DNA from: Magallana gigas
Lineage: Eukaryota
DNA: 64,000 nucleotides
Assembly (NCBI RefSeq): GCF_963853765.1
Contig: NC_088854.1
Coordinates: 2,976,001 to 3,040,000, forward strand
Direction of reading: 5' to 3'
In this document: one piece after another, positions 20,801 to 32,000 of the stretch
How the letters are laid out: each line of letters begins with the position of its first letter
Position numbering within the stretch: position 1 is the first letter of the stretch
The notes under the pieces: model-generated
The model's database searches: none
The model's input: only the letters and a program-made list of their open reading frames with translations
What the model was told of the DNA's origin: nothing
Program-made: the position numbers and the translations under genes

Positions 20801-23800
20801 AATTTTTGCATCAAATTGTCCCGGTTTGTAAATTTAAAACAATATTTCAGAGAAGATAAAGAAGTGGACCAAGAGGAGCAAATGCATTTTAAAACCAGAA
20901 TGGGTGAGTGAAATGTGCACCTACAATGTACATGTATGAAGGGACAGGACTGTTAGTAATAAGCAGTGTTGTAAAATAAAATAAAGCTCTGGTACATTTA
21001 CATATCTGTTGAGGCAAGATGTATGACGGTTTGTACATTTATATGTCATTCAGATAAAGCTCATTACTAGATATCTTATACAGAAAATGAAACTTAAAGA
21101 ACAATAATCACATTGATCTTTATTAACTCTGTAGGCAGGAGCATCTTCAGGACGTTATTTAAAAGTAAATTTCCGGAGAGGAACGAACTGTTTCTGCCGG
21201 GACGGATGGCGTATGTGGTGGATCTGGAAGATGACTACGCAGAGAACGATGTACCATGTACCACCATCCGCAGCAAAGCCGACTGTCCCAGTCTGGAGGT
21301 ATGTACTCATTTATCCAACATTGCATCTCATCTTGCTACTGCTTTGCAAGGGCACCCCTGTAAAATATACTTTTAGAAAGATGAAAAAGAAAGGTGTCTT
21401 GGAAAATAAATCAACATAAGCAGTGCATGTAACTACTGGTGTCTCTGCAGGATCTTGAGTTCTCTACGTACATGTACTGTAGTTAAGATTTACCTTAAGA
21501 GTGCCCAGATATCTATGTATATGATGACCCTGTTTACATCGATCCTTGGATATTGATGTATGTGGCCTTATTACTCTGGTCTTTGTACATATTTTCTCCT
21601 CTCTGTAGGCCACGACAACTCTCACCACCAATGACATCGTCATCAACAAGTTGACCCAGATTCTGTCCTATTTAAGACAAGGGCGCAGAGAAAGCAAGAA
21701 ACTCAAGAAGAAAGAGAAAGGTGAGATCTAATCGCCGTAGTTCTCTGCTGCCAGTTAAAAAAAATAAACTAGGAATATTAGTGCACTCTTTGTGGTAGAG
21801 CTAGAATGATAACTTACCAGAGAGAAACAAGAACCAAGCATAAAAAACTGAATGTCATTAAGTATTCTCGGTTGAAAAATTAACTTATCTTAATAAAAGT
21901 TTTACCATACATTAAAATAACATTAGTGAGTACCATTATGGATCTATTTTTTTTTGTAGGAAAAAATAAAGATGATGACAAACCTAAAGAAAAACTACCT
22001 GGAGCTGATGACAAGTAAGCTGTGAAAACTATTTCACTCCTGTTTAACTGGATTTTCTTTACAGTCATGATGCCATATTTTACCAAATTTTGTATACTTG
22101 AAACTAACATATTGTCGTTTAAATGACATGTTTTACAGTATCTACACTGATGTTGGAGATTACATGCCCTCCTACTCAAAATCCAAGGACAAGAAAGACA
22201 AGAAGGACCGTGGTCGAGATAGAGACCGAGACGATCACCGAGATAGAGGGAAGGACCGAGATAGGGACAGAGACAGGGACTACCGAGACCGAGATAGGGA
22301 CAGGAGAGATCGGGGTAGAGATAGAGACCGTCACGGTGATAGAGATAGGGACAGGGAGAGAGACGGCCATCGGGACAGGAGGGATGACAGGAAGAGGAAG
22401 TCCTACTTTGAGAAGCCTGTGGAGGAGGTTTGTTCTACTCATCATTCTGTCCCCTCCTGTCTCCAACGCTGCAGACATTTATTCTTCCAAGATAATTAAT
22501 TCACATCATTGTGCTTGTGAATTTGAAACGAAACTCCTTTTTACAAATTAAATATTCATTCCCTTTGATTTCAATTTAATAATTGACCATTATCTCCACA
22601 AATAATGATGTTTATCAGAATGCTTTTATGGGGTCAATCAAATCTATGAAAATTATGATAAGAATAACTTTCATGTTCAATCTTTACTCAAGATGACAAT
22701 TTGATTGTCAGAGCGTAATTATTGCTAGGATGTGTGTTGCAATAAGTAATCTGTGTGTTACAGGATGATGACAGGACGAAAGGACCAGGGTCAGCTGGTG
22801 ACCTTGTCAAGACAATCAACGACCGCTTCAAGGTCAGTGACAGAAATGAGGCAACCTTACTGTGACTGTATGATAATATACCCTAGATACAATCTCATGC
22901 ACTTCTAAATTCAATTTGATTAAAAAACCAACCTCATTTCAACTTGCCTTTGTGTATATCGTGCACATGTATGACTCTTGCTTTACAAAAAACAAAAAAG
23001 CAGTTGAGTTTCTTAAAGAGCTTAGTATTCAAACTCCCATGCATCCTGCAATGTGATAGGGTGATTTAACCATGCATCGGACACATACCTTGGATCGGAC
23101 AACTTTGTTTATAAATATACAAATAAATGTGCATGCGCTCATGTGTTGTTTCGTATATCCCTGAATTAGAACAAATGAACTTTATCATTATTAAGAATTT
23201 GACAGTCACATTGTCAAAGAAATAGCAATATAGACATCGTAAAATGACATCAAATACGCCATTATTGAAAATTAAGTTACGAAGATTTTACAATAAAGCA
23301 TTATTTGAATGTTGTGCGTTTGATTGTGAATTAGTGAAAATGCACTCTCTGCGTAAAATAATTAGAAAGAAGTAAGTTTTGAAACAAAATTTGATTAAAA
23401 TAAGTCCAAGAAATTTGAACAATTAATGTCAAGGTCATTATTGCACCATATGTTCATTTCACCATGGATCGGACACAAATTAACCATGCATCGGACAGTT
23501 TTCAATGCATGATTTCTTCTAATAATATGGAGATTATGTGCCCATTCCTTGTGATATACTTAAAATGTGAAGTAAAATAAAAATTTAAAAAATAATTGAT
23601 ACAAACATTTTCCTCAAACCGCTTAAAAATCAAGTTTTACAGACACAGCCTTTTTAGTCCAAAGTGCCTGTAGGAGCTGGCACGATAAAGAACCCCTTGT
23701 GATAAATATTCCTTTAAACAAAAGCACTAGTCTAAATTCCTATATGTAGATTTGAGGATTTACATAAAGAAATATGAAAAGCAATTGAATAAATTAATAT

Positions 23801-25200
23801 TTCCGAACCTTTGTATTTTTGCATTAAAACCAGAAAATGTTGTTATTTGTAATCTCTATTGTACTGCTATAACTATCCGATGCGTGGTAAATATTGTCCG
23901 ATCCATGGTGAAATAGTTCAACACTTCATTAATTTGCTTTATTTTCTACATTTTTAACAATTTCACAATTTTTTTTCCAATAGTTAAGCAAGGGGAAAAC
24001 CTGTAACTTTTAAAACAAGTTTAATTTATATTTGGACGATATTTGATGCGTGAACAAAGGAAAAAATCCAAAGGTGTCCGATGCATGGTGAAATCACCCT
24101 ACTTCTGTTGAAGTGCTGTGAATTTTTGATTAAATTTGTTTCATGATTTTCAGGATCATACTTTTACATATTGTTTCTTGTCAGATGTTTTGAATCGATG
24201 TCTATTTTTCAGAGTTATGCTGATGTGGAAAAAGAGAAGGAAAAGTAAGCTAGTATTAATGTCTAAGAATTATATTCATAATAGATATTTTAATTTTGTA
24301 ACAGGCTTTTTATGTTCAAATACAATTTGTGATCAAGGACTGCACTGTTTTAAATCAGTGTGTGAATTGTAGGGAGAAGGTTGATAAGCACAAGAAGTGG
24401 ATGGAGAAGCTCCAACAGAAGACACTCATTGACAGTTACGCCGAGTGTTATCCGGGGTGAGAGACTGGTCACACATCCCAGTAGCCTTGTTATACTTCAG
24501 ATACATGTACATGTTGTCTCATTACCAGATTTCTTGAAAAGGGATAAAAATATATACAAAATGCTTTCTCAGTATGTCATGGTACATTCACTTACAGTAT
24601 TTCAATCACTTGTTCTCTTTCAGTATGGAGGAAGCTGATGATGCTTTGGGCGACTCTGATGATGAGGCAGACTTCAGCAAAATGGACCAGGGCAATAAGA
24701 AAGGCCCTATAGGGCGATGGGACTTTGACACCCAGGAGGAATACAGTGACTACATGGCCAACAAGGAGGCCCTGCCTAAGTATGGACTCAGTCTCTCTTC
24801 TACTAACTTGTTTCTTATTAGGATATCTGTAAATACTGGCCGATAATATTCTTATTGTCATGGAAAACATTCAGCTGTTGTTAGTGATATGTTGACCATC
24901 AATAATTGGAAATTTGTATTGTATTATGTCAAGTATAAGGTCCAAGGCTAGATGGTAAGAAAGTCACAATCAGCCAATGCTCTAAAAAGCAGTAGAAAAG
25001 GTGCAAAGACTCGTCATTATTATCTTTATCTGCTTTTCAGGGCTGCCTTCCAGTATGGAGTTAAAATGGCTGATGGACGCAAGACCCGTCGTGCCGGGCC
25101 AAAGGACGAGAAGGCCGAATTAGACCGACAGTGGCAGAAAATTCAAAACATTCTGAAAACCAAGACTGGGGAGCCCAACGAGAAGAAAATGAAGCATTGA
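17849..25200 (+). CDS. IK: Protein Red / IK (spliceosomal B-complex factor), 18 coding exons, 599 aa
   Basis: Exons 17849-17858, 18487-18559, 18738-18866, 19007-19066, 19383-19452, 19872-19969, 20309-20423, 20526-20596, 20851-20903, 21135-21298, 21609-21720, 21960-22014, 22139-22427, 22764-22832, 24213-24244, 24373-24456, 24624-24779, 25041-25200 (1800 nt). Motifs: LTNEDFRKMLMTP, QESKYLGGDMEHTHLVKGLDFALL, RNELFLPGRMAYVVDL, RD repeat, KMDQGNKKGPIGRWDFDTQEEY, AAFQYGVKM. Confidence 0.97.
23059..24099. mobile_element. ~1.04 kb MITE with TA TSD in IK intron 14
   Basis: TIR GGGTGATTTAACCATGCATCGGACAC / GTGTCCGATGCATGGTGAAATCACCC, TA on both flanks, and internal copies of the CCATG[C/G]ATCGGACA motif at about 23460-23497 and 23895-23912. 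Confidence 0.85.
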
Positions 25201-25713
25201 TTGAAAAACAACATTATGTTAAAAAAATGTTATTCTAGTGACTAAATTCTCTGAATTTGTTTTCTGATAAATTGGACTGTGGACTAAAATCATTGTAGTG
25301 TGATACTTCGATCTTTATGCAATTCAAGTTTTCCAGTGTTTTTTGGGGTTTTTTTAACCACCAATTCAATATTAAATGTACAGTGTATGTTTATTTGGAG
25401 ACTAAATTTACTGAGTCTGGTGATATAAATTGTAATATAGTGTGGGGGAATGATGAATCAGCTGTACTTTGAAGTAGAGGAGCCTTATGTTTAATTTCTT
25501 TTGATTTGGTTATGTGTATAATCTGGTTTACCAGAACATGTGCATGTAAATTCATTTCATAGACTGTAGTCATTATCAAGTTTTGTATATATAAGTAGAA
25601 ATGTGCGAAATGCACAAAATAAATTGTTTATAAAAAATTTTGTTTTGCAAGAGAATTTTTAAAAATGATATCATAATGCAATGATTTGAATTTTAGACAA
25701 GGTTTATGATATG

Positions 25714-25788
25714 CATCTTTGCTATCCAAGGGTTTTTGGTCCACGCCGGGGAGCGAAGTGGACCGAAAACCCTTGGCTAACGAAGATG
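25714..25788. mobile_element. 75-bp palindromic mini-MITE with 8-bp TSD
   Basis: Arms of about 31 bp, CATCTTTGCTATCCAAGGGTTTTTGGTCCAC / GTGGACCGAAAACCCTTGGCTAACGAAGATG, around a 13-nt loop. ATGATATG is duplicated at 25706-25713 and 25789-25796. Confidence 0.8.
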
Positions 25789-26076
25789 ATGATATGTAGC
25801 TATAAGTGTTCATCAGATATCATTACCAAAATATATGGGACGTACATGTAATTTCACATACGGGCATATAATAAATGAACTTACTTAGACTGTTGTACAA
25901 GCATTTATTAAAGATACAAACTAAAATATATAAATAACATTTCTAAGAGAACATTTACAAATTCAATACACTATCACAGATAAAAGAATTTCTGTCTATG
26001 GACGGCCAACATTCATTTCTGTCTATGGACGGCCAACAATAAAATTGAACTCCAAGGTGACCTTGAGATCAGCTGA

Positions 26077-29000
26077 TCACCATCCAAAGTCTTCATCAGA
26101 TCCATTGTTGCTGGAAAAAAACCCAGTCCATACACAGAGTTATGACAGGTGACATCAGTAACTCAAGTATTAGGAATATGTAAGGAGTATTAATAATGAC
26201 CGAGTAAAATGCAATACTTTAGTTTATACAAACCTTTGAATGTCTTCAGCCACAGAGAACTCAGACTGTGTATCCTGAAAATAAAAATGGATGATGCATA
26301 AATGCAAGGGTAGTGATTCTTCCTCCGAAGCTTGGTTCAAAACTGCGGTACCAATTAATTGCTTTTTTAACAGATAGATTTACAGTGCTATGGAGAGCTA
26401 AAATGGACAGCTAGACAGATTAAAACAATGGGAATGTACCGATCGGAATTACAATACTAGTACTTACAGCTTGGCTGTTGGTGCCTTTGGACCACACATC
26501 CATCGGTTTCTTTGCAACCTAACAAAATAACAAAAAATAGTCAATTGTAAATTCATTGCATGTTTGTATACTTCAAAATCTGTTGCTTAGCAAAAGGATC
26601 AAGAATTTTCCATCTCATTTACATCACGAAATGTCTAGATTTTATCAGTCTATTTGATTATTTTCCACTTTCAAACAATCAAGCATTTTGAAAGTGATCT
26701 TTATATAACATGCTTGTTTGTCAAGTTCTGAGTAATTAACACAGTCATTAAAACAGAGCAAGTCCAAAAACTAAGATGGATCGTAAGTTGTAAAACAATG
26801 ACTGCAGTGCTGATGTGAATTTTGATGCCTGTGTACCTTACATATTACTTAGTTCATAGAATTTGCAACCATAATTGAAATGAAAATAAATAATTAGAAT
26901 TATGGTTTCAATTTTAATGTACCAGTATGTCTTTTATTACAGCTGTTAAAACAAATCACATTGAAATAGTTTCATTCTAGTTGTAATGAAATGCAGTTTA
27001 CAGAAGCCCAAACTGCCTAAATATATGTTATATTTATTTAATATGAATAGTCATTAAATTAAATCCTGAAAAAGCCCAAAAATCTTTTTAGTCTCAAGTG
27101 AAATGATGTTTGTCATCCAATGTTCTTTAAGACAGTGAATTATTTTTGCCAGTGCAAAATCTTGTGTTCAAGACGCTAGCATAATTCTTTAAACGTAATT
27201 AAAAATTAATTCATCTGATATGAAACTCAACTGAAAGATTAAAAATTACATCCTCATTTTTGCTTTAATAAAAACTGCTTGATCAAACTCCCTTAAAAGA
27301 TCTGGATGGTCAATTTTGAATTTTTCTTACCTCCTTGAAAAGAAAGTTCAGTGTAAAATATATAGGTAAATATTCAAAATTCTAAGCAAAAAAATTTGGA
27401 TTTTTTCCTTAATAAAATAGATATCTAATGATGGTTTGTTGACCGCCCAGTCTCCCTACTGACATAGGTTTGTCTTATCTAGCATTAATCTAGCGCCAAT
27501 GAATGATGGCTGATGAATGGCACATTGATGTGTTGAACTGACTGGTGCTATGGAGCAATGTTTCATGTTGTGAATAGCCACACAGTTACCTTTCTCTTTG
27601 TCTTGGTCTGCTTAAAATGGCACAATTAAATTAAAATCTGTATCTAGTCTTCAAATTTGATTTCTCATTTTGTGAGACATATTGAAAAGCTTGCATTTGT
27701 TATCTTTTTCTCCTAGTACACTTTCCCTGATACATGTAACTACAAAAAGACCACGGCTGTATTGCAATTAATTACCAGTTCTCAAATATTCTTTCTAAAT
27801 TTTCTTATATAAAACTCTTATGCCCACTTCAGCCACACCCTTATTCTTACTTTGTGTCATGATATAACCAAATCTGAATCTTTATCATGTATGAAAAAGA
27901 CTTCTTTGTGCTCCTACTGGGGTCACAGTTTGAACAGTTTTACACCATATCATGATGTTTACATAGTTATACATGCATCACAAATCATTCTTCTTGAAAC
28001 CATTCATACAAAAATCCCCATTACATTCCCATGTTGAACTATGCACCCTTCACTTAGCCACTTTTGGTTCAGGGATAATGTTTTTACAATTTTCAATCTA
28101 CACAACACAAAGATGCATTCTTGTTATTTTAAGCATTTCTGGAGCACTGTTTCTTGGGAAGAAGATTCTATAAGTCAAGCCCCCTACTTTCTCTGTTTTT
28201 CACCCTCTTCTCCCCTTCATCCCCTTTCTTTTACCTCTTCCTCCTCTTATACATCTCATTTTATAAAACACCTATTCAACTGTCACTGTTTTTAACCCTC
28301 TTCCCTTCCTCTCTCCTTATTTTTCCTGTTTCTCCCAGCCTTTCTTCTCCCCTTCATCTTTCCCTATTTTCCCTGTTTCTCCCAGCCTTTCTTCTCCCCT
28401 TCATCTTTCCCTATTTTCCCTGTTCCTCCCAGCCTTTCTTCTCCCCTTCATCTTTCCCTATATTCCTCATTTCTCCCCAACCCATTCTTCTCCCCTTCAT
28501 CCTTCCCTATTTCCAACCCATTCTTCTCCCCTTCATCCTTCCCTATTTTCTCCATTTCTCCCCCACTCCTTCTTCTCCTCTTCATCCCTTCCTCTCACCT
28601 CCTCCTCCTCCTTCTGCTTCTGCTGCTGGACCATCTCCATGTACTGCTTCATCACCGGGTCAATCTCCGGCTCCTTCGCCACTGCCTCAGACTTCTCAGA
28701 TTCAACACCTTCCTCCTGACAAATAATTATAACAGGTCCCAATGTAATTCTCTTTAACAGTAGACATTCAATCAAAATATCAGTACCATTGATAGCACTC
28801 CAACAAAATTTTCTCTTACAGTATACATTCAATAAAAATATTGGTATCATTGATAACACAGACTCCCTACAAATATTTTATTGTGTCAACATCGCTGCAA
28901 TAATAAACTGTATATGTATGCATACATTGTTAAGACAATGGATCACCTACAAGGTGTTATACAGATATACAAAGTGAAACTTCCATACCAATCTCTTCAG

Positions 29001-32000
29001 CTCCCTCTCTTCCTTCTCCTGTAACTCCTGCTCTTTACGCTGCCTCTCTTCCTCCCTCTGTCTTCTCTCCTCCTCCCACTGCTTCAGCTCTTCTTCCTGT
29101 TGTTTTTTCTTCCTCTCTTCTTCTTTCCTCTTCTCTTCTATCATGTAAAATCATTACAAGTATAATTAAAAATCTGCTGTAAAACATTTTCAAACAAGAT
29201 ATCAGTGTAAGATGAGGTAAAAGTATCTCCATCTAATACTCTGAAGAAAGTAATAGTTCAAACAATTGAAACAATGAATTTATTTGGTTAACAAAATCAA
29301 CTGCATTTTTAAGTTACCTTCATTCACTGCATCATCCTGTGTGGGGGTTTTCCATGCACTGTCCAGAGAAATGGGCTGTAATCGACCCCCAGCTGGAGGT
29401 CGTAGTGGGGTCATGACCTCTGTCACAAAGGCAGCTATTGACAACACACGATAGAATAATATTAGAATTACAGTATAAATGTTCAGAAAATTGCTCACAC
29501 CTTTTACATACATAAAAAAAAGAATATTTCTCAAATTCATTAATAACTACTGGTACGGCTGAATCATCAGACTCACAGGAAGCCTTTGGCATAGTTCATA
29601 TGTACAAAATGTAGCTGTACAGGAAAAACCAGCTTAGCCCTGTGACACACGAGTCACCGAGAACCAGTACCTGATCCAGGTTTAGGTGAGAGTTCCTCTT
29701 CACTTGACCTTGATCCTGGGACAACTACAATACTGGGTGACCCTGGTCTGGCTTCAAGGTCAGACACCGTGATTGGCCGGGGCCGCTCTTCCACTCTTTC
29801 TTTACTGTCAATAAATAAATAAACATTCTGATATCTGTGGTACAGTATTTGGTTTCAACAAAAATTCAAAAAGCTATATATGCCGTGTTTAACACAGAAA
29901 GTGGTAAAACTGACATTATGTTTTCTTTATTTTCTAATTAGAGGCGAGTTCAACAGAGTGAGCGCTCGAGATCGCTCGCAAAAATTTGTGTTGTGGGTAT
30001 AGGGAATTTTGGCGAACAGAATGGTGGTCTATTAATTTTTTAATAATAGTTATTCTTTCATAAAGAAAAATATGAAGGATTTAATTTTTTGTCAACTTCA
30101 AAAGATTATTTTCACTAATTTTGTAAACAAACTATCTGTCATTCCTCTTCCCCCATGCTGCTTCTCTCGATTTCTTTTCCGCGGTCTTGTGCAGACATAC
30201 ACTTAATATGTGAATCATTTATAAATATTCATAAGAACACTTTTACTTCTCCTAACATAAAATAACCATAATATTCAATTAATACCAATATAGCTGTAAA
30301 TGACATATATACATTAAGTTGACAATATTAAACATACTATTTTATTAAAACAAAAATAGTTGGAAAATGTGTTTTAGTTGGACTTACTGGTTTCCATCGT
30401 CTGACATTGTAGAGAGGTCAAACCTGGGCGGGGCTTTCCTGTCTGCTCCAGACCCAGTCAGCTCATGGAGACTGTCTGAAATAATAAATCAACATGAGGG
30501 TGGATTAAGTAGGCAAGTTCTGGGACAGTTGCAGAAATATCAGTGTCAAGACAGCTCCATACCATTCAGATTTCCTCCAGAAACGGATTGCCTCCCTTGG
30601 TAAGGAGTAGATGACAAAGGTCTGTGTATAGGGCTGGCCACAGGGGAAGCAACTCTTTTCTGACTCTGTTTTTCTGCAAATTCAGAAAATTAGAAATGTT
30701 ACATACATCAATGGTAGCTTTTCAAAATCATGTACATTGAAAGTGTTCATTGCACAGAAACCCTACATCAAAAACTTAGCATGGTCAAATGTCAGAATAA
30801 CTTGACAATCTGAAGAATGAACTGTGCATTGGAAAAAACAAAATTCAAAGAACTTATTGGATCTGTACCTTGTTCTTTTTCTTTCAGATGTGTATCTTCA
30901 ATGACTCTTGCGGGTTTTGGATGATCCGCAGGGCCAGAGGCTGGATTGGAGAGTTTGTAATGAAAATCTCGGTATGCTGCTTCTAAATTCTATAGAAAAA
31001 CAAACAAATTTTAGTAAAGAACAAACATAAGAAGATATAAAATGCACAAATAATTGGAAGCTGTAAGTATTGGATTACCAATAATTATTTGTGAGCTTGT
31101 CTAATTCATGAAATAGAAACATAGTATTACTTGGGCCTCCCTTTCCAAACTCTTCAGTCTATATTTAGCATCAGCTACTACATCTGCTGAGTTGACAGAG
31201 GAAGCGTCGTCCTCAGAGAATGCAGGGTAAAGCCTCCTCTTCCCAGTAGATGGCAGTCCAAACTCGGCCTCAATTTCATTATAGACGTCCTGCTGGTCAT
31301 ACTCCTGCTGGGCACGGGCGGGGTCGGGGCGCCGTGGGGTGGTCTGTCTGGACCTAGGCAGCCGGAGGTATTCCTCATCTCCCCCCTCCCTGTCCCCTTC
31401 AGCAGGGGCAGCCTGAGTGGGGACACGGAAAGATACAGAACGGCTGCAAAATCAGGATACAGTACGTCAAAAATTTTATAGACAACTAATACCAAAAACA
31501 TCAATGAGAAGTAACTATTTTCTACTTTTAGATACAAGATACTAAGTAGCTAGTTATTAAAATCATCACAATATTCTTATCTCTCCTACAATTTTCATTC
31601 ACTTGATACATAAAATGTCATAGAAATATATATATAGTGTTTTAAAAAACTGGAATTTCACAGTACTGTTAAATCAGCTGAGGAAATCAATGTCAAATCC
31701 TTACTTCATGTTGTTTCCTTCTTCATGTGGTTTTCTGTAAACCTCATTTGTCAAAGCTGAAAAGTTAGAAACAATTAAATAAATCTGCTGGCATAAACCT
31801 CTGTGGGAGATAAGCAGGTACATGTACCACTTAAATCTATGATGGGGTATACCTCTATGAGTGATTGACAGTTATAATCTATATTACAGAGTGTATACCT
31901 CTATGAGTGATTGACAGTTATAATCTATATTACAGAGTGTATACCTCTGTGAGTGATTGACAGTTATAATCTATATTACAGAGTGTATACCTCTATGAGT

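Noticed and set aside
22123-22551. ORFs rich in TETETG or SVPVSIS overlapping 22100-22550
   Set aside because: Alternative-frame and antisense shadows of the IK RD-repeat exon.
27495-27545. TGATGA and CTGA motifs suggesting an intronic C/D snoRNA
   Set aside because: The boxes are only about 30 nt apart, lie on the strand opposite the host gene and lack a terminal stem.
28154-28726. 190-aa P/F/S/L-rich ORF on +
   Set aside because: It is the antisense reading of an OFD1 exon plus a polypyrimidine repeat; low-complexity artefact.
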